Positions 6,112-15,050 of a stretch of DNA of 48,503 nt are shown piece after piece. Under the pieces are notes generated by a model. It was not told where the DNA came from, did not search any database, and saw nothing but the letters and a program-made list of their open reading frames with translations. Location: contig DAOLIZ010000003.1 of the NCBI GenBank assembly GCA_035328285.1, positions 1 to 48,503 on the forward strand, given 5' to 3'. Each line of letters starts with the position of its first letter. Position 1 is the first letter of the stretch. Position numbers and translations under genes: made by a program. Source of the DNA: Gemmatimonadales bacterium (GTDB taxonomy: Bacteria > Gemmatimonadota > Gemmatimonadetes > Gemmatimonadales > GWC2-71-9).

Positions 6112-9084
6112 ATGCTTCTCGCGCTCCTGACGCTGGCCACCCTGCAGCAGGCCACCCCCGGCACCGGCCCCACGCCGTACTGGCAGCAGTTCGTGGCCTA
6201 CGAGATCGACGCCTCCCTGGACGAGCCGAGCGGCGTGCTGTCGGGGCGCCAGCGGCTGGTGTATCGCAACAACTCCCCGGACACCCTGCGCCAGATCAGC
6301 TTCCACCTCTACCTGAACGCCTTCCGCCCCGGCAGCCGGTGGTCGGACGCCGACTCGATCGAGAACACCCGCCGGTTCAACGACCTCAAGGATCCCGACT
6401 TCGGCTTCAACCACGTCCGGAACGTCCGGATGATGGGGTATATCGTCGAACCGATCTATCCGTTCGCCCCCGACAGCACGATCGTGCGCTTCATGCTGCC
6501 GAAGCCGCTGGCGCCGGGGGATTCGCTGGTTGGCGAGATGGACTGGGATGCGCGCCCCTCGACCGTCCCCCGCCGCCAGGGGCGCCGGGGCCGCGCCTTC
6601 GACTTTGCCCAGTGGTATCCACGGGTGGTGACGTACGACCAGTTCGGGTGGGAGGAGCATCCCCTGTATCCCGCCGGGGAGTTCTACGGTGAATTCGGCA
6701 CCTTCCTGGTCCGCCTGAACGTGCCGGAGGACCAGGTCATCGGCGCCACGGGGGTGCCGGTCTGCGGCGATCCCGGGTGGGCCCGCGCGAACCAGGCGCC
6801 GGGCCGGCGCGTAGACTACGAACGCGACTTCTACGGCGATCCGGCCCGCTTCTCCTGCCCCGCCGCCGCCCCGGCGGCCGGGCGCAAGGTGGTCACCTGG
6901 TACGCGGCCGACGTCCACCACTTCGCCATGTCGCTCAATCCCGACTACCGCTATGAGGGCGGCCGGTGGGGTGGGGTGGCCGTCCACGTCCTCTACCAGC
7001 CCGGCGACGAGAAGAGCTGGGGTGGCGGAGTCGCCGTGCGGCGGACGGAGATCGCGCTGGCCTGGCTGAACCAGACCTTCGGCGCCTTCGCCTGGCCGCA
7101 GATCACCAACGTGCACCGGATCGAGGGGGGCGGCACCGAGTTCCCGATGATGATCATGGACGGCTCGGCGGGGCAGGGCCTGATTGTCCACGAACTGGGC
7201 CACAACTACGTGATGGGAATCCTGGCCAACAACGAATGGCGGGAGGGGTGGCTCGACGAAGGGTTCACGTCGTACCAGGAGGGACTCTTCACCGAGGCGA
7301 ACGGCGGCAACTCAGGCATCGCCGGCACCGAGCAGTTCCTGCTCGGCATGCAGCTCGACGGGTACGCCGAACCCTACAGCATGGTCAGCAACGACTACCG
7401 GGACTTCTTCACCTACAACGTGAGCATCTATTCCGGCGGCGAGCTCTTCCTCCGCCGGCTGCAGTACGTGGTCGGCGACTCCACCATGCAGGCGGTGCTC
7501 CGGAATTACTATGCCCAGTGGAAGCTGAAGCACGTCAACGAAGACCGGTTCCGGGCGGTCGCCGAGGAGACCTCGCAGCAGCCGCTGGGGCCGTTCTTCG
7601 CCCAGCAGCTGCACGGGGTGGACCTCACCGACTACGCCGTGGGCCGTACCAGTCGGACCCAGGAGCCCGACGGCGGCTGGGTGACGCGCGTCGAGGTGCT
7701 CCGGAAGGCGCCGCGTCAGATTCCGGTCGAGGTGCAGGTGACGGGGAAGACCGACACGGCCACGGTGCGATCCGTCGGCACGGCGGACCGCGAATGGGTC
7801 GTCGTGCGCACCCGCAGCGAGCCGACCGGTGTCACCCTCGACCCGCGGGTCCAGACCGGCGACTGGAACTTCCTGAACAACCACAAGTCGTTCGGGCTCC
7901 TTCCGAATCCCGGCCGGACCGAGCCTTATCTCGACACCTATTTCTCGACCCGGACCGCCCGCGATCACATGACGCTCGGCCTCGCGCCCGAGGCGTGGTA
8001 CAACGACGCCGGTGGTGTCACCCTCGGACTCCGCAGCCGGTCGGATTACCTGGGTCGCTACGACCAGAACCTGCTCTCCATCACCGGCGGCACCGGCTGG
8101 GGCGCCGACGACCCGGTCACCAACATCGACGTCTTTGCCCGCGTCAAGAATCCCACCGCCCTCCGCTCCCCGAACATGAGCCAGGTGTTCGAAGGGTTCA
8201 GCATGGAAGGGCGCGCCGGGGCCACCGTCATTCTCGAGAAGAAGCGGCGCGCGCACCGGACCTTCGGGCCCACGGTCACGAGTGGGTTGTCGCTCCGCTG
8301 GGTCAGCACCACGGATACCGCATTTCTCGACCCCGGCTACTACCAGAACGCCGGCACGGGCGAGGCGACGATGTACGGCGGGGTAGCCACGCGCTCCGGC
8401 GCCTGGCAGCTCGCCGTCAACGGCTCGGTGGGGGGCGGGGTCATGTACGACAATGAAGGCCCCGGCATCACCACGGACGACCGGTACGACACGCAGGGGT
8501 ATTTCCGCGGCTTCCTCGTGGCCACGGCGAAGCGGGCCTTCGACAAGACCTCGCTCGCCCTCCGCGGGTACGCCGGCGCCGCGCTGGCCAATGATCCGGT
8601 GGTCAAGCAGCGGCAGATCTACCTGGCCGGCGCCGACCCCTACGAGCAGCTCTACAATCCGTTCCTGCGCTCCGAGGGAGCGCTCCTGGTCCGCCCCGGG
8701 GTGTACTACCAGGCGCCCGGCGGCGCCAACCTCCGCGGCTTCGACCCGCACACCAGCTCCCGGCAGGCCTACGGACTCAATGCGCAGATCGAGCGGACGC
8801 TCGTTTCGCGCCGGGGCGCCAGGCTGTTCAGCACGGTCAGCGTCAGTCTCTGGGGCGACGCCGCCCTGGCGGACCCGCCGAGCGGGTCGGCGGCATACGG
8901 CCCGCTGCGCGGATTCTACGATGCGGGTCTTGGCGTGAGCGCCTCGCACCGGATCGGCCAGACCTCGTTCGTGACGCGGTTCGACATGCCGCTCTTCGTG
9001 AGCCAGGCGGGGCTCGCGCAGGACACCGACCCGACCGACCAGGTGGGGTTCCGCTGGCTCTTCAGCTTCGCGCCGGCCTTCTAG
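6112..9084 (+). CDS. M1-family (gluzincin) metallopeptidase fused to an Omp85/BamA-like C-terminal beta-barrel
   Basis: ATG at 6112 gives a short signal-like N-terminus. GGTEFP, HELGH (7189-7203) and WLDEGF are M1 motifs. The C-terminal ~400 aa carries NLRGF, FYDAG and the terminal strand FRWLFSFAPAF. Confidence 0.85.
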   Translation: MLLALLTLATLQQATPGTGPTPYWQQFVAYEIDASLDEPSGVLSGRQRLVYRNNSPDTLRQISFHLYLNAFRPGSRWSDADSIENTRRFNDLKDPDFGFNHVRNVRMMGYIVEPIYPFAPDSTIVRFMLPKPLAPGDSLVGEMDWDARPSTVPRRQGRRGRAFDFAQWYPRVVTYDQFGWEEHPLYPAGEFYGEFGTFLVRLNVPEDQVIGATGVPVCGDPGWARANQAPGRRVDYERDFYGDPARFSCPAAAPAAGRKVVTWYAADVHHFAMSLNPDYRYEGGRWGGVAVHVLYQPGDEKSWGGGVAVRRTEIALAWLNQTFGAFAWPQITNVHRIEGGGTEFPMMIMDGSAGQGLIVHELGHNYVMGILANNEWREGWLDEGFTSYQEGLFTEANGGNSGIAGTEQFLLGMQLDGYAEPYSMVSNDYRDFFTYNVSIYSGGELFLRRLQYVVGDSTMQAVLRNYYAQWKLKHVNEDRFRAVAEETSQQPLGPFFAQQLHGVDLTDYAVGRTSRTQEPDGGWVTRVEVLRKAPRQIPVEVQVTGKTDTATVRSVGTADREWVVVRTRSEPTGVTLDPRVQTGDWNFLNNHKSFGLLPNPGRTEPYLDTYFSTRTARDHMTLGLAPEAWYNDAGGVTLGLRSRSDYLGRYDQNLLSITGGTGWGADDPVTNIDVFARVKNPTALRSPNMSQVFEGFSMEGRAGATVILEKKRRAHRTFGPTVTSGLSLRWVSTTDTAFLDPGYYQNAGTGEATMYGGVATRSGAWQLAVNGSVGGGVMYDNEGPGITTDDRYDTQGYFRGFLVATAKRAFDKTSLALRGYAGAALANDPVVKQRQIYLAGADPYEQLYNPFLRSEGALLVRPGVYYQAPGGANLRGFDPHTSSRQAYGLNAQIERTLVSRRGARLFSTVSVSLWGDAALADPPSGSAAYGPLRGFYDAGLGVSASHRIGQTSFVTRFDMPLFVSQAGLAQDTDPTDQVGFRWLFSFAPAF

Positions 9085-9116
9085 GGGAGGGGCGGCCACC
9101 CCGCTAGACTTCGGGC

Positions 9117-9701
9117 ATGACGGGACCCTGGGATCGTGGCGATGGCAACCGGCGGGACTTCTTCCGGAACCTGCTCGGGGACTGGATCGACGACTTCGTC
9201 AAGAAGACCGAGGAGACGGTGGTGCAGAAGCGCTACCACCGTCCGCCGGGTGCGCTGGCGGAGGTCGGGTTTCTGGCGGCGTGCACCCGCTGCGGCGATT
9301 GCGGAACCGTCTGCCCGCCGCATGCCATCCAGTTCGCGGCCCCCAGCGCCGGGCTTGCCGCGGGGACGCCATTCTTCGACCCGCGCCTGCAGCCGTGCAT
9401 CGCCTGCCCGGACATGCCGTGCGCCGCGGCCTGCCCGACCGATGCGCTGACCGTCCCCGCCCAGGGCTGGGCGGGCGTGCACATGGGTGTCCTGGAACTC
9501 CTGCCGGAGCGGTGCATCACCTTCCAGGGCTCGGAGTGCTCCGTGTGCGCCAAGGCCTGTCCCATCGGCCCCGACGCGCTCGCCATCGACGAGGCGGGAC
9601 ACCCGGTCATCCGGGCGGAAGGATGTGTGGGCTGCGGTGTCTGTGTGCGCGCGTGTGTCACCGCGCCATCTTCGTTCAAACTTCGACCCGTGGGGACCTG
9701 A
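9117..9701 (+). CDS. NapG/MauM-like ferredoxin with four [4Fe-4S] motifs
   Basis: 194 aa. RRDFFRNL twin-arginine-like motif, RPPGAL...F, then CTRCGDCGTVCP, CIACPDMPCAAACP, C..CSVCAKACP and CVGCGVCVRAC. Confidence 0.85.
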   Translation: MTGPWDRGDGNRRDFFRNLLGDWIDDFVKKTEETVVQKRYHRPPGALAEVGFLAACTRCGDCGTVCPPHAIQFAAPSAGLAAGTPFFDPRLQPCIACPDMPCAAACPTDALTVPAQGWAGVHMGVLELLPERCITFQGSECSVCAKACPIGPDALAIDEAGHPVIRAEGCVGCGVCVRACVTAPSSFKLRPVGT

Positions 9702-10054
9702 TGCCGGATGTGCCGTACCGGGTGGACAAGCCGTGGGGCCATGAGCTGATCTGGGCCCGCACCGACCGCTACGTGGGCAAGGTGCTGCATGTAAAGGCGG
9801 GCCACGTGCTCAGCCTGCAATACCACAACAAGAAGGACGAGACGATGCACGTCCTGTCCGGCGAGCTCATCCTTCGGACGAAGCCCGGCGCCGAGCTGGA
9901 AGCACGCGCCTTCAAGGCCGGCGACTCCGTGCATATCCCGGCGGGACTCGTCCACCAGATCGAGGCCGTGGTGGACAGCGACGTCCTCGAGGCCTCGACG
10001 CCGGAACTGGACGACCTGGTCCGGCTCTCCGACCGCTACGGACGGGGGAGCTGA
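9701..10054 (+). CDS. Cupin-domain protein (type II phosphomannose-isomerase-like cupin)
   Basis: ATG at 9701 overlaps the ferredoxin stop by 1 nt. KPWGHELIWA...GKVLHVKAGHVLSLQYHNKKDETMHVLSGEL. Confidence 0.8.
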   Translation: MPDVPYRVDKPWGHELIWARTDRYVGKVLHVKAGHVLSLQYHNKKDETMHVLSGELILRTKPGAELEARAFKAGDSVHIPAGLVHQIEAVVDSDVLEASTPELDDLVRLSDRYGRGS

Positions 10055-11031
10055 TGCAGGTCATCATCCCGCTCGCCGGCAAGGGCACCCGGCTCCGCCC
10101 GCACACCCACCTGGTGCCGAAGCCGATGCTCAAGGTGGCGGGCCGCCCGGTCATGGACTGGGTGATGGACCGGCTCGAGGGGCTCGACGTCACGGAGCTG
10201 ATCTTCATCACCGGCCACCTGAAGGAGACGGTCGAGGCGTATGCGAAGGACCGCTACAGCATCCCCTGCCGGTTCATCGAGCAGCAGGTGCAGGACGGGA
10301 CCGCCGGGGCCATCAACCTGGCGCGGCCGCACGTCACCGGGCCGGTGCTGATCATCTTCGTCGACACGGTGTTCGAGGCCGACCTCACGCTGATCAACCG
10401 CACCGACGCCGACGGGATCATCTGGGCCAAGGAGGTGGAGGACTACCAGCGCTTCGGCGTGGTGGTGACCGACGCCGACGGCTACATGACCCGGATCGTG
10501 GAGAAGCCCTCCACGCCGATCTCGAAGCTGGCCAACATCGGCCTCTACTTCATTCGCGACGTGGCCGCCCTCTGGGCCGGCATCGACGACGTGCTCGCGG
10601 CGCCCACCAACAAGGGGGAGTACTACCTGACCGACGCCTTCCAGCGGATGATCGAGCGTGGCAGCCGCATCCTGGCCGCCGAGGTGGGCGGCTGGTATGA
10701 CTGTGGCGCCCCGGGCACCCTGCTCGAGACCAACGGGATCCTGCTCGAGCACGGCGCCGCGCGCCGGCGGGACTTTCCCGGCGTGGTGATCAGCGATCCG
10801 GTCTATATCGAGGACGGGGTGACCATCGAACGGAGCACCATCGGCCCCAACGTGTCGATCGAGGCGGGAACGCGCATCACCGACAGCACCATCCGGAACA
10901 CGATCATCGGCCGCGATGCGGTGATCGGCACCTCCTCCCTCGACGGGGCCCTGCTCGGCAACCGGGTCAAGGTGACCGGCCTGCGGGGGACTGCCAGCCT
11001 CGGGGACGACTGCGAGCTCAACGCGCGCTGA
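10054..11031 (+). CDS. Sugar-phosphate nucleotidyltransferase with C-terminal left-handed beta-helix
   Basis: IIPLAGKGTRLRP signature, GGGAG SD, and hexapeptide-repeat-like C-terminus. Start overlaps the cupin stop by 1 nt. Confidence 0.9.
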   Translation: MQVIIPLAGKGTRLRPHTHLVPKPMLKVAGRPVMDWVMDRLEGLDVTELIFITGHLKETVEAYAKDRYSIPCRFIEQQVQDGTAGAINLARPHVTGPVLIIFVDTVFEADLTLINRTDADGIIWAKEVEDYQRFGVVVTDADGYMTRIVEKPSTPISKLANIGLYFIRDVAALWAGIDDVLAAPTNKGEYYLTDAFQRMIERGSRILAAEVGGWYDCGAPGTLLETNGILLEHGAARRRDFPGVVISDPVYIEDGVTIERSTIGPNVSIEAGTRITDSTIRNTIIGRDAVIGTSSLDGALLGNRVKVTGLRGTASLGDDCELNAR

Positions 11032-11083
11032 CCCCGATGCGGCGGCGCTTGACGCCCCCGCCTCGAGGCGAGAGACTACGACC

Positions 11084-12346
11084 ATGGAATCCAAAGACCT
11101 CGTATACGACTGGAATGCCAGGGACGCCGCCTTCGACTACACGCGGCGGCCGGTGGTACTGAACGATGAGACCCTGCGCGATGGCCTGCAGAGCCCGTCG
11201 GTCATCGACCCGCCGATGGACGTCAAGATCCGACTCCTCCACCTGATGGCCGCGCTCGGCGTCCGGGCCGCGGACATCGGGCTGCCCGGCGCCGGCCCGC
11301 GCGCGGTAGCGCAGGTCCGGGCGCTCGCAAAGGAAATCGTCGGGCAGAAGCTCCCGATCGCCATGAACTGCGCCGCCCGCACCGTCATCGCCGACGTGGA
11401 GCCGATCGTCCGCGTGTCCGAGGAGGTCGGCGTACCCATCGAAGCCGCCACCTTCATCGGTAGTTCGAGCATCCGGCAGTACACCGAGGACTGGACGCTC
11501 GACAAGATGCTGCGGGTGTCGGAGGAGGCGGTGACCTACGCCGTCACCAACGGCCTGCCCGTCATGTACGTCACCGAGGACACGACGCGCGCGAAGCCGG
11601 AGACGCTGAAGGCGCTCTACGGCGCGGCCATCGCGTGCGGCGCGCGCCGGATCTGCCTGGCCGACACCGTCGGGTTCGCGACGCCGGCCGGCGTCCGCGC
11701 GCTGGTCAAGTTCGTCCAGGACGAGATCGTGGCCCCCTCGGGCGAGGACGTCCTGGTCGACTGGCACGGACATCGTGACCGCGGGCTCGGCATCGCCAAC
11801 TGCCTCGCGGCAATCGAGGCGGGCGTCGACCGGGTCCACGGCACCGCCCTCGGCATCGGCGAGCGGGTGGGCAACGCGGAGATGGACCTCCTCATCGTCA
11901 ACCTCTATCTCCTCGGGCTCCACACCGGCGACCTCTCCAAGCTCAGCGAATACTGCCAGCTCGCCTCCGAATCGACCGGCATCCCCGTGCCGGCGCAGTA
12001 TCCGGTGGTTGGCACCGATGCCTTCCGTACCGCTACGGGGGTGCACGCGGCCGCCATCCTCAAGGCGCGCAAGAAGGGAGACGAGTGGCTCGCGGACCGG
12101 GTGTACTCCTCCGTGCCGGCCGGCGTGTTCGGCTTCCGGCAGCGGATCGAGATCTCGCCCGTGTCCGGGCTCTCCAACGTGAAGTGCTGGCTCGAGGAAC
12201 ACGGCTACGACCCGGAGGACACGCTCCTCTCCGAGGCGCTCTTCACCGCGGCCAAGAAAGCGGACCGTGTGCTGGACACGCCGGAATGTGAACGGCTCAT
12301 CGCGGCAGCCCGGGGACAGAGCGTGGCCGATGCCGTCAGCCACTGA
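11084..12346 (+). CDS. HMGL-like DRE-TIM metallolyase (2-isopropylmalate/homocitrate synthase family, no LeuA regulatory domain)
   Basis: 420 aa. LNDETLRDGLQSP, WHGHRDRGLGIAN and GIGERVGNAE motifs. Confidence 0.85.
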   Translation: MESKDLVYDWNARDAAFDYTRRPVVLNDETLRDGLQSPSVIDPPMDVKIRLLHLMAALGVRAADIGLPGAGPRAVAQVRALAKEIVGQKLPIAMNCAARTVIADVEPIVRVSEEVGVPIEAATFIGSSSIRQYTEDWTLDKMLRVSEEAVTYAVTNGLPVMYVTEDTTRAKPETLKALYGAAIACGARRICLADTVGFATPAGVRALVKFVQDEIVAPSGEDVLVDWHGHRDRGLGIANCLAAIEAGVDRVHGTALGIGERVGNAEMDLLIVNLYLLGLHTGDLSKLSEYCQLASESTGIPVPAQYPVVGTDAFRTATGVHAAAILKARKKGDEWLADRVYSSVPAGVFGFRQRIEISPVSGLSNVKCWLEEHGYDPEDTLLSEALFTAAKKADRVLDTPECERLIAAARGQSVADAVSH

Positions 12347-13919
12347 CACCCTCGCCCGATCCTATCTCGACCTCCGGTGGAACTTCGATCCGGCGGCCGG
12401 AACGGCGGCCGGTGACGCCGCCTCGGACGCCCGGCTCGGCACCTTCGACGATGTCAGCGTCCGGCGGCAGCTCGCCGCCTACCGCGCGATGGCGGGAGCG
12501 GTCGAGGAACTGGAAATCGCCGGGTTGCAGGACGAGATCGACAGAACGGCGCTCCTCGACGACATTCGCGTCTCCACCTTTCGGTTCCAGCACGAACGCC
12601 CCCACGTCCACGACCCCGCCTTCTGGCTCTCCCACCTCTTCGGCGCCTACTACGGCCTGATTGAACGGGCCGCCGACGAGACGGAACGGCGGGCTGCGGC
12701 CGCGCTCGCCAGGCTGCAGGCCACGCCGGATTTCCTGGCCAGCGCCGGCGCCACCCTGCGGAGCCAGCCGCCAGTCATGCTGGGCACCGGCCTGACCATG
12801 CTTGAGGGTGGCGCCGACCTGCCGGGGTTGCTGGCCGCCGAGTTCGGGCGCCGGGTTCCCTCCATGAACGACGCGCTCGCGGCGGCGGCCCACGAGGCCG
12901 CCGCGGCGCTGGCCCATTTCAAGACCACGCTCCGCACCGAGCTCCAGACCAACCCGGCGGAACTCTCCTTTGCCGTCGGGGAGGACGAGTTCAACCGTCG
13001 CCTCCATCACGAGCACGCGCTGCGCGCGACGGCCCCTGAGTTGTGGCGCTACGGACTCCGGCTGGTGGAGGAGACTGGGGCCGAGATGCAGGCGGCCGCC
13101 CTGGCGCTCAGCCCCGGCGCGCCGTGGGCGGAGACCGTGCGTCGCCTCCGGACCGAGGGGCTGGGCGTGTCGGTGCTCGAGGCCTACGCGGACGAGGTCG
13201 GGCGGGCCCGCGGCTTCGTGGCCGAGTCGGGCATCGTGGAGCTGCCTTCCTCCGAGCTCCGGGTCGAGGCCACCCCGGCCTATCTGCAGCACTTCCTGCC
13301 CGCCGTCTGGTGCGAGCCCTCGAGTCCCGCCGAGCGCGCGCGGGGCGGCCGACTCCTCATCAGCGACGCGAATGGTGGCGCGGTCCACTCGCGGTACGAA
13401 ACGTGGGCCTGGGCCGCGGCGGAGGTCTGGCCCGGTCACTTCCTCCAGCGGGAGACGGCCGCCGCCCAGCCCTCGCTCGTCCGGCAGTACCTCTGGACCC
13501 CGCTCACCGTGCGGGGCTGGGCGCTCTATTCGGAGGAACTGCTGGCGGCCGCCGGGTTCGCCGGCGGGCCGGAGGAGCGGCTGATGGGCATCGCGCGCCG
13601 GCTCCGCGCCGGGGTGCGTGTCATCCTCGACATCGGCCTGCATACCAGGGGCATGACCCCGACCGAGGGGGTGTCGTACGCGGTCGAGCACCTCGCGGTC
13701 GACCGCGAGGAGGCGATGGAGATGGTGCGGCGGGCCAGCGCCCGGCCCACCTACGCCCTGGCCGACGCGGTGGGGCGGCGCGAGATCCACCGGCTGCGCG
13801 ACGCCTGGCGCGAGCGGGTCGGGCCGGACGCCCCCCTCCGCCAGTTCCATGACGCCATGCTCTCCTACGGGGGGCTGCCGGTGTCACTGATACGATGGGG
13901 CATGGGACTCGACGACTGA
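12330..13919 (+). CDS. DUF885-family protein
   Basis: Internal ATG at 12330 (17-nt overlap with the upstream gene). WPGHFLQ core and C-terminal FHDAMLSYGGLPVSLI are typical of DUF885. Confidence 0.8.
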   Translation: MPSATDTLARSYLDLRWNFDPAAGTAAGDAASDARLGTFDDVSVRRQLAAYRAMAGAVEELEIAGLQDEIDRTALLDDIRVSTFRFQHERPHVHDPAFWLSHLFGAYYGLIERAADETERRAAAALARLQATPDFLASAGATLRSQPPVMLGTGLTMLEGGADLPGLLAAEFGRRVPSMNDALAAAAHEAAAALAHFKTTLRTELQTNPAELSFAVGEDEFNRRLHHEHALRATAPELWRYGLRLVEETGAEMQAAALALSPGAPWAETVRRLRTEGLGVSVLEAYADEVGRARGFVAESGIVELPSSELRVEATPAYLQHFLPAVWCEPSSPAERARGGRLLISDANGGAVHSRYETWAWAAAEVWPGHFLQRETAAAQPSLVRQYLWTPLTVRGWALYSEELLAAAGFAGGPEERLMGIARRLRAGVRVILDIGLHTRGMTPTEGVSYAVEHLAVDREEAMEMVRRASARPTYALADAVGRREIHRLRDAWRERVGPDAPLRQFHDAMLSYGGLPVSLIRWGMGLDD

Positions 13920-13937
13920 CCCGAGCGAGGAGCGCAC

Positions 13938-15050
13938 GTGAGAATCACCGTCCTGACGTACGTCGAGGCCAGTGAACGCTCCACCGAGTACGACGTGGTG
14001 GTGAACCAGGTGGCGCGAGCGCTTCGGCGGCAGGGGCACCAGGTGGCCATCCTCGGGGTCCACGCCGACGTCAAGCGGGTGATTGCCGGACTCCAGCGCC
14101 GCCGCCCCGACCTCGTCTTCAACATGGTGGAGATGTTCGCCGAAAATATCTTCGGCGATATCGCCATGGAGGGGTTGCTCGACCTCCTCGGCCTCGAGTA
14201 CACCGGGTGTGGCCCCGGCGAATCCTATCTGACACAGGACAAGGCTCTCTCCAAGAAACTGCTCGCCTTTCACGGCATCCTGTATCCCCGGTTCGCCGTC
14301 TTCGCCCGGGACGCCGACTTCGAGACCGGCGGCAACCTCCGCATGCCGCTCTTCGTCAAGCCGCTCCGCACCGACGCCTCCATCGGCATTCACCGCAACT
14401 CCCTGGTGACCGACATGAAGACGCTGATGCGCCGCGTGGCCACCATCCACGATGACCTCAACGACTCCGCCCTCGCCGAGGAGTACATCGAGGGGCGGGA
14501 GTTCTATGTCGGCGTGCTGGGCAATCACGACCCGATTGCGCTCCCCCCGATTGAACTGGACTTCTCCGGGCTCCCCGAGGGCGTGCCGCACGTGCTCGAC
14601 AGCAAGGCCAAGTGGGACGAGAACAGCGCGGCGTACAAGGGGACCAAGTCGGTGCTCGCGGACCTGCCCGACGAGCTCCGCGCCAAGCTCCAGAAGGTCT
14701 CGGTCGATGCCTATCGCGCGCTCCGGGTGCGCGACTACGGCCGCGTGGACCTGCGGCTCACCGACACCGGCGACATCTACGTGCTGGAGGTGAACGCGAG
14801 CTGCTACCTGGCGCGCGACAGCGAGTTCGCCATGGCGGCGGCCGCCGCGGGCATCCCGTATCCCGCGCTGATCCAGAAGATTGTCGACCTGGCGACCGAC
14901 CGGTACCGGCGCGGCGCGGGGTTGCGGACGCGGACCGAAAGCCCGAAGAAACCGGCGCCGAACGGGAAGAAGGGTGGGGACGCGGGAAAGAAGCCGGCGG
15001 ACGAGGGGAAGAAGGGCGAGGATTCCGCGAAGAAGGCCGCCGAGGACTAG
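13938..15050 (+). CDS. D-Ala-D-Ala-ligase-like ATP-grasp ligase with Lys-rich disordered C-terminal tail
   Basis: GTG start with GAGGAG SD. ATP-grasp motifs LFVKP, EEYIEGREF, VLEVNA. Tail is ...SPKKPAPNGKKGGDAGKKPADEGKKGEDSAKKAAED. Confidence 0.9.
   Translation: MRITVLTYVEASERSTEYDVVVNQVARALRRQGHQVAILGVHADVKRVIAGLQRRRPDLVFNMVEMFAENIFGDIAMEGLLDLLGLEYTGCGPGESYLTQDKALSKKLLAFHGILYPRFAVFARDADFETGGNLRMPLFVKPLRTDASIGIHRNSLVTDMKTLMRRVATIHDDLNDSALAEEYIEGREFYVGVLGNHDPIALPPIELDFSGLPEGVPHVLDSKAKWDENSAAYKGTKSVLADLPDELRAKLQKVSVDAYRALRVRDYGRVDLRLTDTGDIYVLEVNASCYLARDSEFAMAAAAAGIPYPALIQKIVDLATDRYRRGAGLRTRTESPKKPAPNGKKGGDAGKKPADEGKKGEDSAKKAAED

Noticed and set aside
9117-9200. Genuine Tat export signal on the ferredoxin (RRDFFRNL).
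   Set aside because: No hydrophobic h-region or AxA cleavage site follows the twin arginines (RNLLGDWIDDFVKKTEE), so it is more likely a vestigial or cytoplasmic motif.
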